Position numbers and translations under genes: made by a program
Notes under the pieces: model-generated
What the model was told of the DNA's origin: nothing
The model's input: only the letters and a program-made list of their open reading frames with translations
The model's database searches: none
Source: Anaerolineae bacterium
Lineage (GTDB): Bacteria; Chloroflexota; Anaerolineae; B4-G1; DUEL01
Direction: 5' to 3'
Length of the DNA stretch: 50,137 bases
Assembly (NCBI GenBank): GCA_041082215.1
Contig: JBDOIF010000038.1
Location: forward strand, 1 to 50,137
Shown here: one piece after another, positions 28,900 to 38,406 of the stretch
Layout: each line of letters opens with the position of its first letter
Numbering within the stretch: position 1 is the stretch's first letter

Positions 28900-30222
28900 T
28901 TAAGGCCGACAGGTCTGAGCCGGCCCGAACCACTGTTCCAGCCCTTCCTGGAGCCGGTCGGCGGCCTGGCGCGGCGTCAGGGTGCCGTTGACCACTCCCA
29001 CCGTGCCCGCTTCCACCAGATCATACGCGCTGGGTGTGCCATCGCGCAGTTTCTCCCACACAAAACGCACGTCCGTGCCCCGCCCCTGATTCAGCGCCAG
29101 AAAGGCATTGGCATGCAGATTCTCCAATCGGATGGGGGTATTGTGCATCGGGAAGAAGCCGGGCAGTTCATTCCCCATCAAAGACCCGAACTCCGGTGTC
29201 GCCATCCACTCCAGGAATAGCCGCGCCTCTTCCTTGTAAAGGGAAGCGGAATTCAGCCCCATACCAGCGTCCAGATGGAAGGTCACGTAACCCTGTTGCC
29301 CGGCAGGCGGCGGCACTGCCATCACGCTCCAGGCGAAGGGGGGATTTTGCTGCTCAAAGTAAGGAATATCCCAGGAGCCTCCCAGCCACATTGCCGCCCG
29401 TCCCTGCAGAAAGAGTTGAAGGCTATCGTAATACGTCAGGGCGCCCTGCCCCGGCGGCAGATAGGGGGCCAGATCCCGAATCGCCTCAAACAGGGCAACG
29501 ATATGCGGGTCGTTAAAACAGCGCTCCCCTCTCAGATAGGCCTGGCGTCCCTCGTAGCCGCCAACGAAATTCGGCGCCAGGTTCATGAAAACCAGTTCAG
29601 CCATGGTCCAGCTATCCCCAGAGGCATTGGCAAAGGGAATGTAGCCATTGTCCTGCAGGACCTGTGCGGTTGTCAGCAACTCTTCCCAGGTCTGCGGCAA
29701 AGTCAGTCCCAGGGCGTTGAAAATATCTGCGTTGTAATAAATCCCATGGGAAGTCGCGATGAACGGCACGCCGTAGGCCACGCCATCGTCGGTGCTCCAG
29801 GGAGCCAGCATCTCCGGGGCAAAATTCTCCCGCAGGCCGGGCAGGTCCGAGAGGTCTGCCAGATAGCCCGCTTCGTACAATGCGCGTGAAACACTGTAGG
29901 AGCGCAGATAGAACAAATCAGGGGCCGTACCCGATTCCAACTGAGCGCGCAACACGCGGTCGTAGTCCTGCGGCTGAGTGGACAGGTAACGCACTGTGAT
30001 GTTGGGGTGTAACTCGTGGAAACGGGCCAGGATACGGTTCATCTGCTCCACATCATCCACGCGCCACGACCCCATTGTGAGCACAACGGTCTTCGATGGG
30101 ACGGGCGAAGGTGTCGGCGTGGGCGATGGTTGAGGTAGGGGCGCGGGCGTTGGCGACGGCCTGCAACCGACCAATAGCACCAGCAGGAGAAAAGAGGCTG
30201 AAAACTCACGCTGTAGTTTCAT
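28900..30222 (-). CDS. ABC transporter sugar-type substrate-binding lipoprotein
   Basis: GGAGG SD, lipobox LVGC, APDLF, YGVPF, IYYNADIF, PQTWEEL, F.QGRAAM..GGSW. Confidence 0.88.
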   Translation of the reverse strand: MKLQREFSASFLLLVLLVGCRPSPTPAPLPQPSPTPTPSPVPSKTVVLTMGSWRVDDVEQMNRILARFHELHPNITVRYLSTQPQDYDRVLRAQLESGTAPDLFYLRSYSVSRALYEAGYLADLSDLPGLRENFAPEMLAPWSTDDGVAYGVPFIATSHGIYYNADIFNALGLTLPQTWEELLTTAQVLQDNGYIPFANASGDSWTMAELVFMNLAPNFVGGYEGRQAYLRGERCFNDPHIVALFEAIRDLAPYLPPGQGALTYYDSLQLFLQGRAAMWLGGSWDIPYFEQQNPPFAWSVMAVPPPAGQQGYVTFHLDAGMGLNSASLYKEEARLFLEWMATPEFGSLMGNELPGFFPMHNTPIRLENLHANAFLALNQGRGTDVRFVWEKLRDGTPSAYDLVEAGTVGVVNGTLTPRQAADRLQEGLEQWFGPAQTCRP

Positions 30223-30500
30223 TTTTTTCCTCCATTGACGAGAAAGTCCCAGACAGACCCCAAAAACAATCCGGCCTCCACTACTCTCATAATACAGCAG
30301 AGGCCGGGCAAAATCATCCGGTTCGTGCTTATTTTGGGATAAGAATAAGGTTGAGATAAGAGTAAGGGATTTCTTATGTGGACAGATAGCGCTGCACTTG
30401 AGTTCTTTGTAATCTGCGGTTGAATCATGCAACCGTGAGAGAAACCATGTTATTGCGGTGTTATCCATCTGGAGATCACTTGCCAAACCTCCATTTTTTC

Positions 30501-30543
30501 TTTACACCTGTTTCATAAAGACTTCACAAACAGGCGGTATGAT
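30501..30543 (+). promoter_or_regulatory. Putative OmpR/PhoB-type direct-repeat operator plus -10
   Basis: TTTACA (30501), TTCATA (30512), TTCACA (30523) at 11-bp period; TATGAT at 30538. Confidence 0.5.
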
Positions 30544-30574
30544 AGCCACACCATAATTAGGAGGTAAAGAGACC

Positions 30575-30892
30575 TTGTCGAATAAGGCTCGTATCAACTA
30601 TATCCTGGACGCCGTTATCGCTCTGGCGTTCATCATGTCGGCAGTTAGCGGCCTGGTGCTGTGGCTTGGCGGATCGGGCGGCTACCAGGGCGGGCGCAAT
30701 CCCGCTTACCAGGCAACGACTATGAGCATCAGCCGCGCCGCCTGGCACGACCTGCATCTGTGGACCAGCCTGGTTATGATGGCCGGGATTGGCCTGCACC
30801 TGCTGTTGCATTGGCGGTGGATTGTCTGTATGACACGGGATATACTCTTGCCGCGCCGCCATCGGACGCGGGAAGTATGCCCCACAGCATAA
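30575..30892 (+). CDS. DUF4405-like small membrane protein
   Basis: SG.VLW, WHDLHLW, LHLLLHWRWI; AGGAGGT SD with TTG start. Confidence 0.8.
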   Translation: MSNKARINYILDAVIALAFIMSAVSGLVLWLGGSGGYQGGRNPAYQATTMSISRAAWHDLHLWTSLVMMAGIGLHLLLHWRWIVCMTRDILLPRRHRTREVCPTA

Positions 30893-30910
30893 GCGTTGAG
30901 GAGGCTTGAG

Positions 30911-31495
30911 ATGTTTTCCAGAGCTGTCACAGTTGCAGCGGTTGTTATGCTGGCCCTGGCGCTAGTTGGCGGCTCGGCCTACATTCTGCTGAACGAGGCG
31001 GGCGAAGGGCTATCCCGCCAGGCCCATGCAGACGCAGGTAGCGCGGGCCACCGCGGCGGGCAGGCAGAATTACATGGCACGGGGAACCACGCTGGCACCG
31101 GTCAGTCCAACGGCGGTTCTGGTCGATCTGCTGCCAGCTCTGCCGGCCAATACGGCCAGGGGCGGGGACAGAGTACCACCAGCGAGGACGCAGATCACCC
31201 TTTGGAGACCTGGATGACGGTCACCGGCAAAGTGGTGGCGTCAGGTGGAGGCAATCTGACCGCGCAGACGGCTGAGGGCCTGTTGACGATCAACCTGGGG
31301 CCTGAGTGGTATGTGGAGGGGACCGGCTTTGCCCTCCAGGCCGGGGATGAGGTAGAAATCAGCGGCTTTGACGAGGACGGCACCTTTCAGGTCACGCGCA
31401 TCGCCAATCAAACCAGCGGCGAGACACTGCTGTTGCGAGATGAGACAGGCCGTCCGCTGTGGGCCGGCCGGGGGCGCGGGGACAAGCAGAGTTAG
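30911..31495 (+). CDS. Membrane-anchored protein with Gly-rich linker and OB-fold-like C-domain
   Basis: N-terminal TM; TVTGKV, LGPEWY, LQAGDEVEISG, LRDETGRPLW. Confidence 0.7.
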   Translation: MFSRAVTVAAVVMLALALVGGSAYILLNEAGEGLSRQAHADAGSAGHRGGQAELHGTGNHAGTGQSNGGSGRSAASSAGQYGQGRGQSTTSEDADHPLETWMTVTGKVVASGGGNLTAQTAEGLLTINLGPEWYVEGTGFALQAGDEVEISGFDEDGTFQVTRIANQTSGETLLLRDETGRPLWAGRGRGDKQS

Positions 31496-31539
31496 ACTGT
31501 GTGGCAGGTCCTGGACGGGCAGAGACCGCACCAAACAGA

Positions 31540-31567
31540 GTAGGGCGGGCTTCAAAGCCCGCCCTAC
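31540..31567. repeat. GTAG-type REP-like palindrome between convergent genes
   Basis: GTAGGGCGGGCTT-CA-AAGCCCGCCCTAC. Confidence 0.75.
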
Positions 31568-31725
31568 GCACAACCGCCGGTCGTGCCCTGGCGTGCCAAA
31601 CAACCACCTTGACGCCACTATGTTCTTGGTCGGCATGGAAGCCCCCACGACGAAGGGGACAGTCCTCCAACGCCACCAAGAGACCTTTTGCCCAACGGGG
31701 TTCCTGACCACGATGAGATGTGGAG

Positions 31726-32349
31726 CTACCTGTGGACATACAACGCCAGTTGAACGCGGTTTTCCAGGCCCAGTTTGCCCAGAATGTGACTGATATGGAC
31801 GCTGACCGTGCTCGGACTGATGACCAGCCGCTGGGCAATCTCGTTGTTGCTCAGGCCCTCAGCGACCAGGGCCAGGATTTCCTTTTCGCGCGGGGTCAGG
31901 GGTTCGGTCGGCTCCGCCGCCAGAGGGGCGGGAGCCGCCAACAACGCGCGGGCAATCGCCGCGGGCAGCGCCACGCCGCCCCGGTGCACGGTGCGGATGG
32001 CCGCCAGCAATTCGGCAGGCGGGGCGTTCTTGGAGACGTAGCCCAATGCGCCCAGACGGACAACGCGCCGCAGCGCTTCCAGGTCGTCCACGGTGGTCAG
32101 GACGACGATGGCCTGCGCCGGATTCTCGGCCAAGATGGCGGCGATGGCATCCTCTCCGCCTATGACGGGCATCAGCAGGTCCATCACGACCACATCGGGG
32201 CGCAGATGCGCCGCCTCGCGGATGGCCGCGCGGCCGTCGGCGGCCTCGCCGACGACTTCCATATCCGCTTCCGCCGTGATGACGGCGCGCAATCCTTCGC
32301 GCACAAAGGGATGGTCATCCACAACGAGGATGCGAATTTTGCCGGTCAT
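31726..32349 (-). CDS. NarL/LuxR-family response regulator
   Basis: VVDDH, VMDLLMP, LTPREKEIL, SNNEIA, TVSVHISHI..KL. Confidence 0.95.
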   Translation of the reverse strand: MTGKIRILVVDDHPFVREGLRAVITAEADMEVVGEAADGRAAIREAAHLRPDVVVMDLLMPVIGGEDAIAAILAENPAQAIVVLTTVDDLEALRRVVRLGALGYVSKNAPPAELLAAIRTVHRGGVALPAAIARALLAAPAPLAAEPTEPLTPREKEILALVAEGLSNNEIAQRLVISPSTVSVHISHILGKLGLENRVQLALYVHR

Positions 32350-32393
32350 ACTCTAATCTCCTGCAGGACAGCTCTTCAGGAGTTGTCCTACGT

Positions 32394-35141
32394 TTATTTT
32401 AAAGGCAAAATCACGGTCAGGCGGGTGCCGCCGCCCGGGCGGGAACGGATCCGGAAACGTCCGCCCCATTGGGCCACGCGCTCGCAGATGCCCTGGAGGC
32501 CCATCCCGCCGGAAACCTGCGCCGGGTCAAAGCCACACCCATCGTCTCGCACCTGTACGACGAGGTAGCCGCTGCGTTGCCCGATGTCCACCCACACCCG
32601 GTCGGCATTGGCATGTTTGAGCGCATTGTTGAGGGCCTCCTCCAGAATGTAGTAGACGGACTGCTCCAGTTCGTGCGGCAGTCTGGCCGGCAAATCGTAG
32701 TGTAAGTAGGTCTGGATGACAGCGCGCTGTTCTACGGTGTCCAGCCGTTGTCGCAACGTGGCCGCCAGCCCCATTTCGGTCAGGTCGGGCGGACGCAGGC
32801 GATAGAGCATCAGGCGCATCTCGCGCAGGGCCCGGAAGGCGCTTTCGCCCAGGCGGGCCAGGTAGGTTTGTGCGGCCTCGGTCTCTCCGGCGCGGATGGC
32901 TTTGGCGCTGGCATCGGCGAACAACACCTGCGAGTAGAGGAGCTGGGTGACCGAATCGTGCAGGTCGCGGGCCAGGCGATGCCGTTCTTCGGTGACGGCG
33001 GCGATAGCCAGACGTTCGCGCCAGCGGATGTTCTCCTGTGCCGCGCCCAACTGTCGCGCCACGGCCTCCATCAGTTCCAGTTGTTCCATCCCGAACATGT
33101 AGGCGCGCTGTCCCAGGTAGACCATCAGGCCCACGTCGCCGTTCCCGGCGGGCAACGGGATGCTCGCCAGGGTCTGGTAGGGAAAATCCACGAACTCGTC
33201 GGCGGGCAGCATCTCGGCCAGCCGGGGGCTTTCGGCCAGATTATGCAGCAGCAACGTCCCCCCTTCGGCGCGCAACCGATTCCACAGCGGCGAGGCGGCC
33301 AGTTTTTCCGCCAGTGTCGGTGCCATTCCCCAGGAAGCAGCCAGAACCAGTGTATCTTTCTCATCGGGCAGCAGGATCATCCTGGCCTCGCCGCCGATGT
33401 TGGGCAGGACACGGCGCAGAGCCAGCGAAAACAACTCGTCCACAGAGCAGGCCTGATTGATCAACAGGCTGATCTCGTATAGCGTCGCCAGTTCATGGTT
33501 GCGTTCTACGATGCGCTGTTCCAGCGCGCGGTTCAGCGTGCGCAGGTCGTCTTTGGCCGCCCGCAGCGAGCCGATCATAAGATTGAAAGCGCGGGCCAAC
33601 GCGCCGATTTCATCCTGAGCATGAACCGGCACTGTCACGCTCAAATCGCCCTGGTCCACCCGGGTGATGCCTTTGAGCAGGTCAGTGAGGGAATTCACCA
33701 GCGACATCTTGAAGAAAAGCGAGAGCGCCGCTGTTGCCACGACGGTCACGCCGACCATCATCCCGGACAGCGACAGGGCGGCACGATGGAGAAATCGGCG
33801 ATACTCCAGATAGTCAAAGCCCACTTCGTATTGCGCTCCGTCGTGGTAAAAGACGTAGCGCAGAAAATGTTCCCCCGGCGGCGCTGTGGCCCCCCGATAC
33901 ATCGGCGTATGCTCCGGCAGGGAGAGGCGGTCCATCACCTTCGGGTTGCCCAGCAGGGGCAGGAGGCCGTCAAAGCCCAGCCAGGGATGTTCACACGCCA
34001 GGACGTCCAGGCTCCAGTGGTCGCCCCGCGCCAGGCGTTCCCGCCAGAAGGCATCCCAGCGCGCCAACGTTTCGCCGGTCAGACGCGGGTCGCGAGATAA
34101 GAGCACGTCGTAGCGGTCGGCAAAGAGACCGTCCGGGGCGCGCACGGCCAGGTACCGCACTGCCGCTGGCAGCGCGTCCAGTTGCCCCAGCGCCACGCCC
34201 ATCTGCACCAGTTCCACCTCGGCCAGCCGGACCTGGAAGAACAGGGCCTGCTGGGCCATCATGGTCTGGTGGGAGACAGCCCCTGCAAACAACAGGATGC
34301 CCAGCAACGCCGCCCCTACCAGACGCACCAGGAAGGTCAGCGCTTCGGGGGCGCGCCCGGTGTAGGCGACGAAGAAAATGAACATCACGATGGAGCAGGT
34401 GATGGGGAAGATGTTGGGGATGCGGCTGGTCGGCTCCAGCGTGGAGGCCAGCGTCGGCAACGGCGTCAGGAGGTGCAGCAGCAGCCAGGTGCGGGAAACG
34501 CGGGCCTCTTCCTCCTGCGGCGACCCGAGCGCGCGCAGTACCCTCTGCCAGCCCCGGTCCGAATTCCCGGCGAATTGCACCGTCCTGCGCGTCCAGACGA
34601 CCAGCAGCCACAGGTCCACGGCGATCTGCCAGAGGTCAAAAATCCGGTCCGGCGCCAGGCCGCGTGGGTTGGGATCTACCGAGTAGGAGAGAAAGTCGCC
34701 GAAATTGTAGACGGCGATGTTGTGGGCAGTGTCCAGGGCCTGGGTGGAGAAGTAATCGGTCTCGCGCGTCGGGGAACGGACGGCAACCCAGGCCATCCAT
34801 CCAAACAGGAAGAGCGTGAAGGCCAGCGACAGGAACAACACCGCCCGCGCTTCCAGCTCGTAGCGCGGGCGGGGGAAGTGATAAGCGAATTGCAACAGTG
34901 CCAGGCAGGCCAGCGCCGCGCCGCCGGTCGCTCCCAACCAGTCCACAACCATACCGGCGACGCCGTACAGTGAATAGGCCAGGCCGCGCGCCAGCGTCAT
35001 CAGGCTCATCCCACCCACAAAGCCCAAAAAGAGCCACGTCGGGCGGGATTTACCCCGGCGGGTTGCCAGGTAGCCGATGCCTATGGCCTGAAAGAGAATA
35101 ACCGGCAGGTAGCCGAGAGATTGAGGAGAAAGGAACAGCAT
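32394..35141 (-). CDS. Multi-TM sensor histidine kinase (HisKA_3 type with HAMP and GAF)
   Basis: ERHRLARDLHDSVTQ, EALNNALKHA, DDGCGF, GMGL; start uncertain (35141 or 35201). Confidence 0.9.
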   Translation of the reverse strand: MLFLSPQSLGYLPVILFQAIGIGYLATRRGKSRPTWLFLGFVGGMSLMTLARGLAYSLYGVAGMVVDWLGATGGAALACLALLQFAYHFPRPRYELEARAVLFLSLAFTLFLFGWMAWVAVRSPTRETDYFSTQALDTAHNIAVYNFGDFLSYSVDPNPRGLAPDRIFDLWQIAVDLWLLVVWTRRTVQFAGNSDRGWQRVLRALGSPQEEEARVSRTWLLLHLLTPLPTLASTLEPTSRIPNIFPITCSIVMFIFFVAYTGRAPEALTFLVRLVGAALLGILLFAGAVSHQTMMAQQALFFQVRLAEVELVQMGVALGQLDALPAAVRYLAVRAPDGLFADRYDVLLSRDPRLTGETLARWDAFWRERLARGDHWSLDVLACEHPWLGFDGLLPLLGNPKVMDRLSLPEHTPMYRGATAPPGEHFLRYVFYHDGAQYEVGFDYLEYRRFLHRAALSLSGMMVGVTVVATAALSLFFKMSLVNSLTDLLKGITRVDQGDLSVTVPVHAQDEIGALARAFNLMIGSLRAAKDDLRTLNRALEQRIVERNHELATLYEISLLINQACSVDELFSLALRRVLPNIGGEARMILLPDEKDTLVLAASWGMAPTLAEKLAASPLWNRLRAEGGTLLLHNLAESPRLAEMLPADEFVDFPYQTLASIPLPAGNGDVGLMVYLGQRAYMFGMEQLELMEAVARQLGAAQENIRWRERLAIAAVTEERHRLARDLHDSVTQLLYSQVLFADASAKAIRAGETEAAQTYLARLGESAFRALREMRLMLYRLRPPDLTEMGLAATLRQRLDTVEQRAVIQTYLHYDLPARLPHELEQSVYYILEEALNNALKHANADRVWVDIGQRSGYLVVQVRDDGCGFDPAQVSGGMGLQGICERVAQWGGRFRIRSRPGGGTRLTVILPLK

Positions 35142-35330
35142 TGTATTGAATGTGCCCGGCACTTCCGGCAGTGCGGAACGACTGTCCCCGCATGTTCCCA
35201 CAACAGAGTCATTGCATCAGGACTTAACAGGTGTAGCACGGCTCCGCCCGGCTCACCGATCAGCCCCCAAGTTTATCACAGCTTGCCATTAATGCACAAC
35301 AACTCTAATCCCTTTATTTCATTTGTTCTA

Positions 35331-35359
35331 TTGACATCCACGCCGAGATGGAGTATATT
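35331..35359 (+). promoter_or_regulatory. Near-consensus sigma70 promoter
   Basis: TTGACA (35331-35336), 17-nt spacer, TATATT (35354-35359). Confidence 0.8.
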
Positions 35360-35365
35360 AAAAAC

Positions 35366-35530
35366 AAACAGACATCCGCCTCTCACCTCCGGCGCAAGGG
35401 ATGAGCGCCCAGGCACTTTACCGGCCAACGGTAAGCAAAAGCAGGGTCTGCAAAGAAGAGCGTTTACTGCGCCGGAGGGGAGACGGACCAGGAGGGCGGC
35501 AGGGTCATACAGACGGCCGCCCTCTCTCAT
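35366..35530 (+). ncRNA. Candidate structured small RNA of unassigned class
   Basis: Between a strong promoter and a terminator-like hairpin; 35375-35396 pairs with 35468-35487 to close a rod; no credible ORF. Confidence 0.6.
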
Positions 35531-35532
35531 TT
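35492..35532 (+). terminator. Terminator-like hairpin
   Basis: GAGGGCGGC ... GCCGCCCTC followed by TCTCATTT; abuts the convergent PHP gene stop. Confidence 0.55.
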
Positions 35533-36288
35533 GTACGGGTGAGGCCTGCCCCGCCTGTCAGCCCACCCCAACCGGCGGACGAGCTTGGCATACAGGGTGA
35601 TGAGATGAACCCAGAAGGGACTCATCCGCCCCTGGACCTGGGCCTCCCGCAGGCTTTGAAGGAAGGAAGATGGGGAATCGAAAGGGGGAAGGACCGTTAC
35701 CGCACGGCCCAGCTCCCAGAGGCTGTGAGCGTCGCTACCGGCCACCACGGGAAGCCCCCGCTCCCAAGCCAGCACCTGAGCAGCCCGGTTGTCGGCCATC
35801 CGGAGGCAGCGGGCGTTCAACACCTCCAGGAAGTCCACCTGGTCCAGCAGTGGAAGCAGCGCCCTCCGCCGTATGGCCTCGCGGCGGAATGAATCGAGGG
35901 GATGGGAGATGCCGACGACCCCGCCCTGAGCGCGAACGGCTGCGATGGCCTCCTGGGGGGAAAGCCCTGAGGGGACCGGAGCGGTGAGGAAATAGGCGAT
36001 CAACTCTCCGTGGGTGGTGCGGATCTCCTCCCCCACCACGATCCGCTCGGGGTCCATCTCCTTCAGCCGGAGGGCTCCTGCGATCGTGTTGTGATCGGTG
36101 ACAGCCACCCGATCCAGCCCTTTGCGCTGGCAGGCCTGGAGAAAGTCCTCCAGCTCTACCAGACAGTCGCGGGAGAAGAGGGTGTGGGTATGGAGATCAC
36201 ACCGCCACCTTTCCCGACCGCCCTGCCCGTCGTCGGCTTTTCCACCGACCGGTGAAACTCCGGAACTTTCGAAACAGGAGTTACACAC
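35527..36288 (-). CDS. PHP-domain metallophosphoesterase
   Basis: DLHTHT, AVTDHN, GEEI, SHP, GSDAH; start uncertain. Confidence 0.85.
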   Translation of the reverse strand: MCNSCFESSGVSPVGGKADDGQGGRERWRCDLHTHTLFSRDCLVELEDFLQACQRKGLDRVAVTDHNTIAGALRLKEMDPERIVVGEEIRTTHGELIAYFLTAPVPSGLSPQEAIAAVRAQGGVVGISHPLDSFRREAIRRRALLPLLDQVDFLEVLNARCLRMADNRAAQVLAWERGLPVVAGSDAHSLWELGRAVTVLPPFDSPSSFLQSLREAQVQGRMSPFWVHLITLYAKLVRRLGWADRRGRPHPYK

Positions 36289-36304
36289 TTGCCACAGGAG
36301 AAAA

Positions 36305-36380
36305 ACCACAGAGACACGGAGGACACAGAGAAACACCGGGAACCTTCTGCAGAACTCTGTGCCCTCTGTGCCTCTGTGGT
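36305..36380. repeat. Hairpin of ~9-nt CACAGAG/CTCTGTG repeat arms
   Basis: ACCACAGAGACACGGAGGACACAGAG ... CTCTGTGCCCTCTGTGCCTCTGTGGT. Confidence 0.75.
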
Positions 36381-36448
36381 GAGAAAAGGCTTAATTGCGC
36401 AAGCCCTGATGAAACAGGCCAGGCACGCGCCTGGCCCTTGTTTCTGCC

Positions 36449-37630
36449 TTACGGCTCTGCTGGGACCTTTCCCTGCCAGTCCTCACTGTACTCGACCGAG
36501 GACTGCTGCAGCTTGAACCATTCCTGAACAGCGCGGCTCTCTTCAAATGACCGCATCAACGGGTCCAGCTCCCGCTCCTCGTGGCCCAGCACCTGGAAGA
36601 CGTAGTAGCGGCCACTGCTTCCCAGCACAGGCCCGCCATACCCCTCCACCGGGGTATCAAAGACAGCCTGCGCCACCTCCTCGCCGAACTGATCGGTGAG
36701 ATACCCCTTCGTTCGCCAGTCCAGCTCGTTGGCGTAGGCAGTGCTTTCCTCATCCGCCTCGATCTCGGCGACCAGGTCCTCCCACTTTGCCCCTCCATCC
36801 AGCCGTTCCACCATCTGGTCTGCGTCCTCCTGAGCCGGGAAGGCGACGTAGCGGACCTTCACCTGGTCCATACTGGAGGGAACGGAGCTGGTGAGGGCCT
36901 GGCGGACTTTATCGTAGAGGAGGCTCACCTCCACCATTGCCCGGAACCCTGCCTCGCCCAGGCCGCTGGGGTCCAGCACGTTTGTCACAAAATCCTGATA
37001 GAGTTGCTCAAATTCCTCCCGGGTCAGCGACGTGGTGGGGGTCAACGGCTCGGTTTCCGTCACAGGGCCGGTGGAGAGCGGGGCCGATTCCTCAGCGGAA
37101 GCTTCTTGCTCGTAGCCGAACTCCTGCTCGATGGCGCGGTCTATCTCCTCCTGAGAGACCGTGATCCCTCTTCGGGCCGCCTCCTGACGGATGATCTCCT
37201 CCTGCACCATCTGGTCCAGCACCTGCTGCCCCACGAAGACGGCATATTCAGGAGAAAGCTGAGCTTCCAGCTCTCGTATGGCCTCGTCCAACTGGTCGAA
37301 GAGCGGCGCCATCTCCGGATCGGTGGGGTCCAGGCTCATCCTCTGGACCCTATACCGATCCAGTTGTTGCTGGAGCATGAGCCGCTGATACCGCACCCGC
37401 TTCTCGAACTCGGCCGTTGTGATCGGCGTTCCGGCCACCGTCGCCACCGGCTCCCGCGCCCGAAACACGAACTCGGCCAGGTACCCGTAGAGCAGGATGC
37501 CCACGACCGCCACACTGACGGCGACGGTGCCGAAGATGAGCCACCGGTTCATCCGGGCCTCCCGTTCGGCGCGGGTGCGCTGTTTTTTCGTCAGGGGGCG
37601 AGGGGGGGCTGCTTTTTTCTTCTTCGCCAT
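36449..37630 (-). CDS. SurA/PrsA-like foldase (SurA N-domain with degenerate PPIase domain)
   Basis: Basic N-tail and TM, PVATVAGTPI, VLDQMVQEEIIRQEA, QVKVRYV, ELDW. Confidence 0.8.
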   Translation of the reverse strand: MAKKKKAAPPRPLTKKQRTRAEREARMNRWLIFGTVAVSVAVVGILLYGYLAEFVFRAREPVATVAGTPITTAEFEKRVRYQRLMLQQQLDRYRVQRMSLDPTDPEMAPLFDQLDEAIRELEAQLSPEYAVFVGQQVLDQMVQEEIIRQEAARRGITVSQEEIDRAIEQEFGYEQEASAEESAPLSTGPVTETEPLTPTTSLTREEFEQLYQDFVTNVLDPSGLGEAGFRAMVEVSLLYDKVRQALTSSVPSSMDQVKVRYVAFPAQEDADQMVERLDGGAKWEDLVAEIEADEESTAYANELDWRTKGYLTDQFGEEVAQAVFDTPVEGYGGPVLGSSGRYYVFQVLGHEERELDPLMRSFEESRAVQEWFKLQQSSVEYSEDWQGKVPAEP

Positions 37631-37671
37631 TTCGCTACCGATCCCTACCCGTGGAGATGCCGGCTGGGGAG

Positions 37672-37986
37672 TCAGCCGCCGCGGATGTGCTCGGACGTAA
37701 AGGGCAGCAGTGCCAGATGACGGGCCCGCTTGATCGCCCGAGCCAGTTGTCGTTGATGGCGGGCGCAGGTTCCCGTCTGCCTTCGCGGCTTGATCTTTCC
37801 CCGGTCGCTCAGGAATCGGATCAGCGTTTCCGCATCCTTATAGTCAACCTGCGCAATCTCCTCGGAGCAGAAATAACAACGGCGGACCCCCCGTCGCCAC
37901 TGGTGTCGAGAGCTGTCCACGGGACGGCCGCCCGAGGACCTCCTCGTCGTCTCTCCCTCTCCCCGCATCTCTGTACGCTCTGCCAA
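37672..37986 (-). CDS. rpsR: 30S ribosomal protein S18 (Zn-binding form)
   Basis: [42 protein letters not shown] start with GGAGGTGA SD. Confidence 0.95.
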   Translation of the reverse strand: MAERTEMRGEGETTRRSSGGRPVDSSRHQWRRGVRRCYFCSEEIAQVDYKDAETLIRFLSDRGKIKPRRQTGTCARHQRQLARAIKRARHLALLPFTSEHIRGG

Positions 37987-38014
37987 GACTCACCTCCCGA
38001 TACAGGCCCCCTCC

Positions 38015-38404
38015 TTAGAAGGGAAACTCCTCATCTGTTTCCATCAGGCTGTCTTCTTCTTCCTCCTGGCGTGGGCCGCCGAGCAGGATCATCTCCTGCG
38101 CCACCAGCTCGGTCCGAAAGTGCTTTCCGCCGTTCTCGTCCTCCCATCCCCGGGTCTGAAGGCGGCCTTCGATGTACACCTGGTGCCCCTTGCGCAGCCG
38201 CTGTTTGCAGATCTCGGCCAGGTTTCCCCAGGCGACCACGTTGAACCATTCTGTCTCCTCCCGTCGCTCCCCCTCGGCGGTCGTCCACGAGCGCGGGGTC
38301 GCTACGGTGAAGGAGGTCACCGGTCGCCCGTTGGGAGTGTACCGCATCTCCGGGTCTCGCCCCAGGCGGCCGATGATCATCACCTTGTTCAACCCTCTGG
38401 CCAT
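38015..38404 (-). CDS. ssb: Single-stranded DNA-binding protein
   Basis: LNKVMIIGRLGRDPEMRYT, TEWFNVVAW, VYIEGRLQTR, acidic EEFPF tail. Confidence 0.96.
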   Translation of the reverse strand: MARGLNKVMIIGRLGRDPEMRYTPNGRPVTSFTVATPRSWTTAEGERREETEWFNVVAWGNLAEICKQRLRKGHQVYIEGRLQTRGWEDENGGKHFRTELVAQEMILLGGPRQEEEEDSLMETDEEFPF

Positions 38405-38406
38405 CT

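Noticed and set aside
31501..31711. Possible third MITE around the REP palindrome
   Set aside because: Terminal similarity is weak and no target duplication or second copy is visible
35401..35892. ORF starting MSAQALYR, reminiscent of DnaX N-termini
   Set aside because: Similarity ends after 8 residues, SD is weak, and the ORF crosses a terminator and runs antisense into the PHP gene
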